NCBI GenBank assembly: GCA_039798785.1
Contig: JBDKFG010000005.1
Span: forward strand, 32,723-96,722
Source of the DNA: Verrucomicrobiota bacterium
GTDB taxonomy: Bacteria; Verrucomicrobiota; Lentisphaeria; Lentisphaerales; Lentisphaeraceae
Reading direction: 5' to 3'
Length of the DNA stretch: 64,000 nt
Every line of letters begins with the position of its first letter. Within the stretch, counting starts at the first letter, position 1. The notes beneath the pieces were generated by a model. It ran no database searches, was not told where the DNA came from, and was given only the letters and a program-made list of their open reading frames with translations. Both the position numbers and the translations under genes were made by a program. Below are positions 48,316 to 56,362 of the stretch, piece by piece.

Positions 48316-48965
48316 AGCTCGACAGTCGCGGCTTCAAGATCGCGCTCGTCCTGATCGCCCTGGTGCCGCTGCACCTGGTCTTCTGGCCCCTGCCTGAGCT
48401 GGAAACCCATCTCTTGCCGCCGCTTCTTTGCGGTTGGTACGAGTTGCCGGCCCGCAAGATCCAGGAGGGCTTTTTGTCGCGGCATCTGCCGATGATCCTC
48501 GGCAGCCTGATCTTGGCACTGCTTCTCTGCCAGCCCTTGATGAAGGGATTTTGCGCTCGCTTCCTGCCGCAGCACTCCTGGAGCTGGGGCCGCAGCCTCG
48601 GGCTCTGCGGCCTCTTTGTCAGCGCCGCCGTCGCCAGCATCGGCCTGGTGGTGATTTTCCATCAAGGCGCCTGGCTGCTCAAGAGCCGGGCCACGCCCTG
48701 GTCGCTGGTGGCGCACCCGCATCCGAGCCTCCTGGTCAAGAACCTGGAGCGGAAGTTCGAAAAATCCGGCCTGGGATCGGATTGGGGCCGCATCGGCGGT
48801 GCCGCCTACTTGTCCATGACCGTCCTCTTGGAGGAGCAGCGCGACTTCCGCTGGTCCTTCGACTGCGACGCGTCCGGCCGGATCCAATCCCTCCGTCTCT
48901 GGTTGAGCGACAGCCCGAGCCGCGGCGAGCTGCGGCTGACGCCTCGCGGCGCGACCCCGGACTGA
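48312..48965 (+). CDS. Membrane protein (paralog cluster member 4)
   Basis: GTG overlapping previous stop; LLCGW, WSWGRSL, IFHQGAWL. Confidence 0.65.
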   Translation: MKLDSRGFKIALVLIALVPLHLVFWPLPELETHLLPPLLCGWYELPARKIQEGFLSRHLPMILGSLILALLLCQPLMKGFCARFLPQHSWSWGRSLGLCGLFVSAAVASIGLVVIFHQGAWLLKSRATPWSLVAHPHPSLLVKNLERKFEKSGLGSDWGRIGGAAYLSMTVLLEEQRDFRWSFDCDASGRIQSLRLWLSDSPSRGELRLTPRGATPD

Positions 48966-49011
48966 GACCGCAACGGAATTCCCAAGGGCTCGATGCGTCC
49001 GTTCTGGAGAA

Positions 49012-49028
49012 CTGGCATACCGACTGCG
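49012..49028 (+). promoter_or_regulatory. Putative sigma-54 (-24/-12) promoter for flhF
   Basis: CTGGCATACCGACTGCG: GG at 49014-15, 10 nt, GC at 49026-27. Confidence 0.55.
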
Positions 49029-49060
49029 TTTGCCAGTCTCTAAATGCGAGTAACCAGCTT

Positions 49061-50233
49061 ATGATCGTCCGCCGCTACCGGGGCAAAAGCCTAGAATCCC
49101 TGCGAGAAACCGTGCAACGCGAGCTCGGCGACGCCGCCGTGATCGTCTCCTCCCGCAAACTCGCCCCGGAAGGGCTGGTAGGGAAGATCGCCGGAGCCGA
49201 ATTCGAAGTTGTCGCGGCGATTGACGACGCCGCCTCGGAGGAGCACGAGGAGAGCCGTCGGGAGGCTTTGGTCGAAAAGGTGGCTGGGGCGGTGAAGCCG
49301 CAGGTCCTGTCGATCCGCCGCGAGATCAAGATGCAGGACGACAAGCTGGTGGACTTGGAGGAGAAGATGGCGTCGATCTGCGAACAGCTCAGCCGTCTGG
49401 AGAAGCGCAGCCAGCAGGCTCCGACCCCGGTGATTGCGATCAGCGGCGGCGAATCCAAGGGGCCCTTCGCGCAGCTGCCGGAGGAATGGCGTGAGGCGAT
49501 GATCGCCGCCGCCCGGCTTCCCGGAGCCGGCCCGGGCCAGCTCCTCGACAGTCTTGCCGGACACCTTTCCGCCGCCGACGGCATCCTCTTCCGCCGCAAC
49601 AGCGGCGAAGGTCCCGATGTCTTCGCCCTGATCGGCCCCACCGGCGTCGGCAAGACCACCACCCTGGCCAAGCTCGCCGCTTTCGCCAGCCTCCGCCGCA
49701 AGCTTAGTTGCGCCCTCATCACTCTCGACACCTTCCGCGTCGGCGGCGCCGAACAATTGCGCGAATACGCACGCCTCCTCGGCGCCGACTTCTCCGTCGT
49801 CTTCAGCGGCGACGAACTCCGCCGCCAGCTCGACCGGGTGAAGGACCGCGATGTCGTCTTCATCGACACCCAGGGCCGCGCCTCGCGCGACCGCGCCGGC
49901 CTGGACACGGTCATCAAGATCCTCGCCACCGCCCCGGAATGCACCCCGGTTCTGACCCTGCCGGCCAACATCCGCGCCGGCGACGCCCGCGAGGCTCTGA
50001 AGGCCTGGGGGCGACTGGATCCCGCCTGCCTCATCCTCACCAAGGCGGACGAATCCGCCTGCTGCGACGGCCTCCCCGCCCTTCTCCATCAAGCCGCCAT
50101 CCCGGTGGTCTACATCGCCCACGGACAGCGCGTCCCCGAAGATCTCCAGCCCGCCCGGGCCGAGAGTCTCGCGGCGATGATCTGCCCGGAACTGGCCTCG
50201 AACCCCTTCCTGCCCGCGGAGCCCCCTGAATGA
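49061..50233 (+). CDS. flhF: Flagellar biosynthesis GTPase FlhF
   Basis: ELGDAAVIVSSRK, GPTGVGKTTTLAKLA, DTFRVGGAEQL, DTQGR, TKADE, GQRVPEDL. Confidence 0.92.
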   Translation: MIVRRYRGKSLESLRETVQRELGDAAVIVSSRKLAPEGLVGKIAGAEFEVVAAIDDAASEEHEESRREALVEKVAGAVKPQVLSIRREIKMQDDKLVDLEEKMASICEQLSRLEKRSQQAPTPVIAISGGESKGPFAQLPEEWREAMIAAARLPGAGPGQLLDSLAGHLSAADGILFRRNSGEGPDVFALIGPTGVGKTTTLAKLAAFASLRRKLSCALITLDTFRVGGAEQLREYARLLGADFSVVFSGDELRRQLDRVKDRDVVFIDTQGRASRDRAGLDTVIKILATAPECTPVLTLPANIRAGDAREALKAWGRLDPACLILTKADESACCDGLPALLHQAAIPVVYIAHGQRVPEDLQPARAESLAAMICPELASNPFLPAEPPE

Positions 50234-51096
50234 GCTTGCCGACTCCAGACCAGGCCGCCACCCTCCGAGCCAAGGCGGCCCCCTCGGGCCATCACAAGGC
50301 CCTCCGCTGCATCGCGGTCGCCTCCGGCAAAGGCGGTGTCGGCAAGACCTTCTTCTCGGTCAACCTCGCCATCTGCCTGGCCCGCCTCGGCTCGCGCACC
50401 CTGCTGGTCGACTGCGACCTCGGACTCGGCAACGTCGACCTGCTCCTCGGAGCCTCGCCGAAGCTGACGCTTCGCGATGCCATCATCGAGCGCCGCCCCT
50501 TGAAGGAGGTGGTCGCCGCCTCGCCCCACGGGGTCGACTTTCTCGCCGCAGCCTCGGGCGAAAGGGACATGGCCGACCTCGGCAGTCTCCGCCTGCAGTC
50601 CTTCATGGACGAGCTTCTCGCCTTCGCCTCCTCCTACGACAGCGTCATCCTCGATTGCGGAGCCGGCATCTCCCATTCGGTCACCTCCTTCATCGCCGCC
50701 GCCCCCCAGACCGTCGTCGTCATGGCGCCCGAACCGACCTCGATCATGGACGGCTACGCCCTGGTCAAGACCGTGCATCAGGACATGCTGGCCCGCAAGC
50801 TCGGAGTGGTGATCAACATGGCGGAGAGCGAGAGCCAGGCACAGGCCCTGCACCGCCAGATCACCCGCGCCTCGGAGAGCTTCCTGGCCGCACCTCCCGA
50901 ACTCCTCGGCGCGATTCCGCGCAGCGACCTGGTCCGCCGCGCCGTCCTCTCCCGCACCCCCCTGGTCATCGGCGCATCCGACTCCGAGCCCGCCCAGGCC
51001 CTGCGACGCATCGCCCAGCGCCTCCTCGCCAGCGGCGGCACCGGCGAGATCGACACCAAGGCCCTGGCCGCCGGTCTGGCCGGCATGGGACGCTGA
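50230..51096 (+). CDS. flhG: MinD-like flagellar ATPase FlhG/FleN
   Basis: DQAATLR, SGKGGVGKT, DCDLGLGN, PEPTSIMDGYA; coupled to flhF. Confidence 0.9.
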   Translation: MSLPTPDQAATLRAKAAPSGHHKALRCIAVASGKGGVGKTFFSVNLAICLARLGSRTLLVDCDLGLGNVDLLLGASPKLTLRDAIIERRPLKEVVAASPHGVDFLAAASGERDMADLGSLRLQSFMDELLAFASSYDSVILDCGAGISHSVTSFIAAAPQTVVVMAPEPTSIMDGYALVKTVHQDMLARKLGVVINMAESESQAQALHRQITRASESFLAAPPELLGAIPRSDLVRRAVLSRTPLVIGASDSEPAQALRRIAQRLLASGGTGEIDTKALAAGLAGMGR

Positions 51097-51098
51097 CC

Positions 51099-51458
51099 AT
51101 GTACTGGCAGGAAATCCGTCGCGTCGCCCTGGGGATCGGCCTTCTGGTCGCGGCGGCGGTGCTGGTCTGGAACATCCATCAGGAACGCCGCCTTCCGCAC
51201 ATCGTCTTCGTCTGCCTTTTGAGCTTCTTCGCCAGCTCGCTGACCGTCCTCATCGCCCTCCGCTCGGTCGGCAAGGTGCTGCAGGATTACCTCAACGAAC
51301 AGCAGGCGAAGGCGACGGAGGAGGATGCGCGCCGCCAGGAGGAGGAGCGCCGCAAAGCCGAAGAGGCTCTCGGGAAAGTGAAGGAAGAGGAGAGCTCTCG
51401 CAGGGACAAGGTCCTGGCCGAGGCCAAGGCGGCGATGGAGAAGAAAGCTCGAAAGTGA
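51099..51458 (+). CDS. Two-TM protein with charged tail (FlgV-like by position and topology)
   Basis: ATG 2 nt after the flhG stop; two hydrophobic helices and an E/K/R-rich tail. Confidence 0.7.
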   Translation: MYWQEIRRVALGIGLLVAAAVLVWNIHQERRLPHIVFVCLLSFFASSLTVLIALRSVGKVLQDYLNEQQAKATEEDARRQEEERRKAEEALGKVKEEESSRRDKVLAEAKAAMEKKARK

Positions 51459-51482
51459 ACTTATGAGGCCCGCATCTCCTGC

Positions 51483-53615
51483 TCAGAGCGGCTCGCATTC
51501 CCGGTCCGAGTCGGCACGGCGGAAGCTGAGCTCACGGACCCGCCCCTGGGGCGTCAGGACCCGGACCCGGCACCAGCCGTCGTCGCTGCATTCCCCCTCG
51601 AGCCGGAGTTCCTCTTCGGCCTGGCGTGGCAGGCTCCAGCTCGTCAGTCCTGCATCCTTGCGGAATTCGCCGCGGGGACTGCGGATGGCGCCGAGTCGCA
51701 GCCCGAGCTGAGCCTGCAGGGCCTTCAAAGCCAGGCTCGCCCGCGGATTCCGCTGCAGGACTTCAACCTCGCCGACTTCGACCTCCTGGAGCAGCTTATC
51801 GACCCCTCCGGCCTGTTCCCGGGTCGCATCGGGAAGGACGAGCCGGTCGATCCGCAAGAGACCGGCGCCTTTCAGGCGGCTGACCAGGCGCGAAGCGGCG
51901 CGGCTGTCGGGGCAGGCGACGAGCGTGGTCTTGCCGTTCTGGTGGAGCAGCAGAGCAGGCACCTGGGTGCCGCGGGGGCAGAAGACGAAGAGTTCCGGCA
52001 AAGGGCAAGGACGGGCGACGGCGAGAGCTGCGGCGACAAGCAGCAGCGCGGCGAGGGCGCGAAGTCTGCGGGGCAGGCCGAATCCTTCGCAGACCAGCAG
52101 GCAGAGCAGGCAGTAGAGAGCCAGCAGCCAGGCGTCGGGGCGGGGCGTGGCGAAGCCGCCGGCGGCTCCGGCGGCGGCTTCCGAGACCTGGCGGACGCAG
52201 CTGCAAAGCCAGTCGAGCATGACGGCGGCGCCAGGGACTTCGAGCAGGGTGAGCGCCGCGAGCGGGAACATCGCCCAGCTCAAAACCGCGAGGGCCAGAT
52301 TGGCCGGGACTGCGGCGAGAGAGCCGACCTGGGACAGGCTGGCGGAAAGAGCGAAGGCGCTGATCCACGAAGCCAGGCCGGTGAACAATGCGAGGCGGAT
52401 CGCCTCTCCGGGGGCGACCCAGGAGCGGCGGCGCAGCGGCGAAGGCAGCCAGGCCTGATCCTGGGCCAGCAGCAGGCGCAGTCGCTCCGCGATCCGGACT
52501 GCGGCAAGCAGCGAAAAAACCAGCAGGAAGCTGTACTGGAAGCCGGGATCGAAGATCTGGCGGGGATCGGCGACGAGGATCAGCGCCGCCGCGGCGAAGG
52601 CGGAATTGGCGCCGGCCTGGGGCAGTCCATTCGCCTTGGCGAGGGACCAGATCGAGATCATCAGCCAGGCCCGCAGGGCAGAGGCGGGCATGCCGGTGCT
52701 GAGGAGGTAGGCGCCGAGCAGCATAGGCAGAAGCAGCCAGCGCCAGCGCCGCGGCAGCAGCAGCAGACGCATCAGGCCCAGCAGCAGCGCCGCCAGCAGC
52801 GCCATGTGCATGCCGGAGACTGAGAAGAGATGGAAGGTCCCGGCGCGAAGATAAGCGGCCTTCTCCTCGCCGGTGACGATGCCTCGATAGCCGAAAAAGA
52901 CCGCCGCGCAAAGCTGCGCCTGCTCCGGCGGCAGGGAGCCCGCCAGGCGCATCAGCAGTCGATCGCGGCAGGCATATGCGAAGCGCAGCGGCCCTCCCCC
53001 CTCCTCGGATGAGACGATCTCCGCAGCCCTCAAGATCCGCACCTGGCCGTTCTGCCGCATCGCCGCGGCGGCATCAAAGATCCCTTCGCCGGCGGCAGGC
53101 GGGGGCGGCAGAAGCCCGCCCTCGACCACCACGGCATCCCCCTGTCCGGGGAGCCGCGCCGCCTCGGCCGGCAGCTCAAGCAGCACCCGTCCCGTCATCG
53201 GCCTCCAAACGCCGTCCAGTTCGCCCTCGAGGACCCGTGCCGAGCAGCTCCGCAACTGCAGATCCCAGCCGAGTTCCGGCGACGGAAAATACGGAGCCTC
53301 CACCTCCAGCCGCAGACGCACTCCGCAAGGGCCTTCCCCGTAGACCCGGTCCACCCGGCCCGGTCCGGCCCGCTCCTGCACAAATAAGCTCGCCGCCGCG
53401 ATCGCGAAGGCGAGCAGGAGCCAGGCGCGACGAGGCGCCGGACAGAAGGCGAGCGCCGCGAAAAGCAGTAGAAGCGACAGGAGAAGCCCAACACAGCCCG
53501 CCGGCCCCAGCCCGGCAGGAAGAGCGGCCAGGACGCCCAGCAGGAGCGGCAGGGCCGGACGGCTCAACCAATAGGCTTCCCGCAAACTGGGATTCGAATT
53601 CAGAGTCGGATTCAT
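51483..53615 (-). CDS. comEC: ComEC/Rec2 competence protein
   Basis: HLFSVSGMH, SALRAWLM, DPGFQYSF; degenerate C-terminal metallo-beta-lactamase-like region. Confidence 0.88.
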   Translation of the reverse strand: MNPTLNSNPSLREAYWLSRPALPLLLGVLAALPAGLGPAGCVGLLLSLLLLFAALAFCPAPRRAWLLLAFAIAAASLFVQERAGPGRVDRVYGEGPCGVRLRLEVEAPYFPSPELGWDLQLRSCSARVLEGELDGVWRPMTGRVLLELPAEAARLPGQGDAVVVEGGLLPPPPAAGEGIFDAAAAMRQNGQVRILRAAEIVSSEEGGGPLRFAYACRDRLLMRLAGSLPPEQAQLCAAVFFGYRGIVTGEEKAAYLRAGTFHLFSVSGMHMALLAALLLGLMRLLLLPRRWRWLLLPMLLGAYLLSTGMPASALRAWLMISIWSLAKANGLPQAGANSAFAAAALILVADPRQIFDPGFQYSFLLVFSLLAAVRIAERLRLLLAQDQAWLPSPLRRRSWVAPGEAIRLALFTGLASWISAFALSASLSQVGSLAAVPANLALAVLSWAMFPLAALTLLEVPGAAVMLDWLCSCVRQVSEAAAGAAGGFATPRPDAWLLALYCLLCLLVCEGFGLPRRLRALAALLLVAAALAVARPCPLPELFVFCPRGTQVPALLLHQNGKTTLVACPDSRAASRLVSRLKGAGLLRIDRLVLPDATREQAGGVDKLLQEVEVGEVEVLQRNPRASLALKALQAQLGLRLGAIRSPRGEFRKDAGLTSWSLPRQAEEELRLEGECSDDGWCRVRVLTPQGRVRELSFRRADSDRECEPL

Positions 53616-53775
53616 CGGCTGGCGCTAGTCCCCGGAGTTTCCCCTCAAGAGAACCGCCCTCAAGACGAAAAAAAGGGCTCTCATCGAAAATTGGCGGCGC
53701 CCCTCTACCGGCAAATCCTCGTTCCCGCCCCAAATTAACTTGCTTTCTTGGCGGAAGGGGTGCTAAGTTGCCTCC

Positions 53776-55182
53776 ATGTCCAGCTCTACAGAACACCTCT
53801 GGCGCGCCGAAGTGCGCGCGAGCCGCCGCCGCCTCGCCTTAGCCTGGTGGCTCGACCGCATCCTGCCGGCGCAGGCCGTCCTCGCACTGCTGACCGCCCT
53901 TGCCGGCTTCCTGGTGAAAGGCATGCCAGGGACTTGGGAACTGTGGAATGACCTGATCATCCTCATAGCGGCTTCGATGCTGTTCCTGGCCGTCCTCGCC
54001 GCCGCCTGGCTGGCGCGTCGACGCCTGCCCGAGGAGAGCCGCCTCGTAGCCCATCTCGACGAGCGTCTGCGCCTCAACTGCGCCCTGGTCAGCGCCTGGG
54101 AAGGCCTCGGTCCCTGGCCCGATCTGCCCGACCGCCTCGGCGAAACCCGCAGCTGGGACTGGCGCCGCATCTTCGCCCCCCTGCTCGCTTCCAGCATCCT
54201 ACTCGCCGCCCTCGCCTGGTGCCCGGCCAAGCCCCTCCCCTTCTTCCGCGGCAGCGAACAGCCCCGCGAGATCCCGATGGCGATGCAGGAAGCCCAACGC
54301 CTCATCGAAAGCGCCGAAGCCCACCCCGAACTGGACCAGAAGGCCGTCGCCGCCCTCAAGCAGCGCACCGAGGATCTGCTCAAGCAGCCGCAGGACTCCT
54401 GGTACTCCGACAGCTTCCTCGAAGCGGCCGAAAACCTCCGCAAAGGCGTCGAGGCGCAGTTGGCCCAGCAGGCCGCCGCAGCCAAGACCCTCAACCAGGC
54501 CATCCACAGCTCCCTCGAGATCGCAGCCGCCCTCGATGCGATGGAGGAGATGCCCTTGAGCCCGGAGGCCAAGGACGCACTGGAGAAATTCCACGACAAA
54601 CTCAACGCCAGCGCCAGGGAAGCCCTCGAACAGCTCGCCTCCTCCGGCCTCCCTGCTTCGCCCGAACTCCTCAAGAAACTCCAGGACCTCGCCCTCGACA
54701 AACTCGGCGGCGAAATCGCCCCGGGCGAGCTGGACGCCCTTAAGGAAGCCCTGAAAAACCTCGCCGACCTCGCCCCAGCAGAGCTCGGCGTCCTCGACTT
54801 CGACGGCGGCGACGGATCCGGCGACGCCAGCGCCTGGGACAACGAACAGGGCGACCTGCTCGCCATGCTCGGCCTGAAGAAAAAGGACGGCCAGCCAGGC
54901 GACGGCGGGGTCGACCGTGGCCCCGGCGACGGCGGCGATCCTCTCGGCGACGAACGGGCCCGCCTCAAGGCCGCAGCGCCCTTCCATCTCAAAGGAGGCA
55001 AGGCCGGACAGGACCCGGGCATCGTCATCAAGGCCAGCAAACGCGCCCCTCAGGTCGACAAGAACGCCTGGAAGGGCCAGACCGACGGCGGCAGCGCCGT
55101 CGCCGGCGACGGCGGCAGCGACGCGGAAAACTCCGAGCTCCTCCCCGAAGAAGCCCAGTTGCTGAAAAAATTCTACAAGTGA
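53776..55182 (+). CDS. Membrane-anchored coiled-coil protein, likely MoxR partner
   Basis: 3 TMs, LDERLRLNCALVSAWE, helical middle, Gly-rich tail (GGVDRGPG). Confidence 0.7.
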   Translation: MSSSTEHLWRAEVRASRRRLALAWWLDRILPAQAVLALLTALAGFLVKGMPGTWELWNDLIILIAASMLFLAVLAAAWLARRRLPEESRLVAHLDERLRLNCALVSAWEGLGPWPDLPDRLGETRSWDWRRIFAPLLASSILLAALAWCPAKPLPFFRGSEQPREIPMAMQEAQRLIESAEAHPELDQKAVAALKQRTEDLLKQPQDSWYSDSFLEAAENLRKGVEAQLAQQAAAAKTLNQAIHSSLEIAAALDAMEEMPLSPEAKDALEKFHDKLNASAREALEQLASSGLPASPELLKKLQDLALDKLGGEIAPGELDALKEALKNLADLAPAELGVLDFDGGDGSGDASAWDNEQGDLLAMLGLKKKDGQPGDGGVDRGPGDGGDPLGDERARLKAAAPFHLKGGKAGQDPGIVIKASKRAPQVDKNAWKGQTDGGSAVAGDGGSDAENSELLPEEAQLLKKFYK

Positions 55183-56243
55183 CCGCACCATCCCCCCTCG
55201 CCGCCCCCTTCAAACTCCAGCCCTGGATGAGCAAGATGCACAAAGAAGTCCTGAAAGACCACGAAGCCCGTGAAGCCGCCGCCAAATCCGCCCTCCTGGT
55301 CGAGGCGATGGAGAGAGTCCTGATCGGCCAGAGCGAGCTCGTCAAGCTCACCGTCAACGGCGTCCTCGCCCGCGGCCACATCCTCCTCGAAGGCCTCCCC
55401 GGACTCGGCAAGACCGAGCTGGTCAAAGGCCTGTCGAAAGCCCTCGGCCTGAGCTCGCGCCGCATCCAGTTCACCCCGGACCTGCTCCCCGGCGACATCA
55501 CCGGCACCGCCGTCCTCCAGGAACACGAAGGGCAACGCAACATGGTCTTCAATCCCGGACCGATCTTCGCCAACGTCGTCATGGCCGACGAAATCAACCG
55601 CGCCTCGCCGAAAACCCAGTCGGCCATGCTCGAAGCGATGCAGGAACACTGCGTCACCTCGATGGGCGTCACCCGCCGCCTCCCAGAACCCTTCTTCGTC
55701 CTCGCCACCCAGAACCCGATCGAGCTCGAAGGAACCTACCCCCTTCCTGAAGCCCAGATGGACCGATTCCTCTTCAAGCTCGACATCCGCCAGGGCGGCC
55801 CGGAAGCTCTGCAGCGCATCGTCATGGAACGCGAAATGGGCATCTCTCCGGAAGTCCCGCAAGTGATGAACGCCGAAGACTTCACCGGCCTCCTCGCCCT
55901 CAGCCGCCGCGTCCACCTGCCGGAAGTGCTCGCAGCCTACATCGCCCGCCTCGTCGACGCCAGCCACCCCGGACGCTCCAAGGCTGCCGAAGGCGTGCGC
56001 TACGGAGCCTCGCCGCGCGCAGCCCTCGCCTTCGCCACCGCGATCAAGGCCCGCGCCTTGATGCAGGGCCGCATCCACGCCGGCTTCGACGACGTCCGCG
56101 CCCTCGCCGTCCCCATCCTAGCCCACCGCATCCTCCTCGACTACCGCGCCCGCCTCGAAGGCCAGACATCGCGCGACATCGTCCTCAAACTGCTCGAGGA
56201 AATCAAACCCGCCGAAATCAGCAGCCCAAGCGTCTTGAAGTGA
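55179..56243 (+). CDS. MoxR-family AAA+ ATPase
   Basis: LEGLPGLGKT, RIQFTPDLLPGD, DEINRASPKTQSAMLEAM, EGTYPLPEAQMDRF; start may be 55228. Confidence 0.95.
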   Translation: MTAPSPLAAPFKLQPWMSKMHKEVLKDHEAREAAAKSALLVEAMERVLIGQSELVKLTVNGVLARGHILLEGLPGLGKTELVKGLSKALGLSSRRIQFTPDLLPGDITGTAVLQEHEGQRNMVFNPGPIFANVVMADEINRASPKTQSAMLEAMQEHCVTSMGVTRRLPEPFFVLATQNPIELEGTYPLPEAQMDRFLFKLDIRQGGPEALQRIVMEREMGISPEVPQVMNAEDFTGLLALSRRVHLPEVLAAYIARLVDASHPGRSKAAEGVRYGASPRAALAFATAIKARALMQGRIHAGFDDVRALAVPILAHRILLDYRARLEGQTSRDIVLKLLEEIKPAEISSPSVLK

Positions 56244-56362
56244 GTCCGTACGACTCCTTTCCATTGAGACCCATAACCAGATCTCGCAATATCTATCAGA
56301 AATCCCGCAATGGCCGAATGAACCTGCCTTCGTAGTTTTCGGAGAAAGCCCGAAGGACTGCC

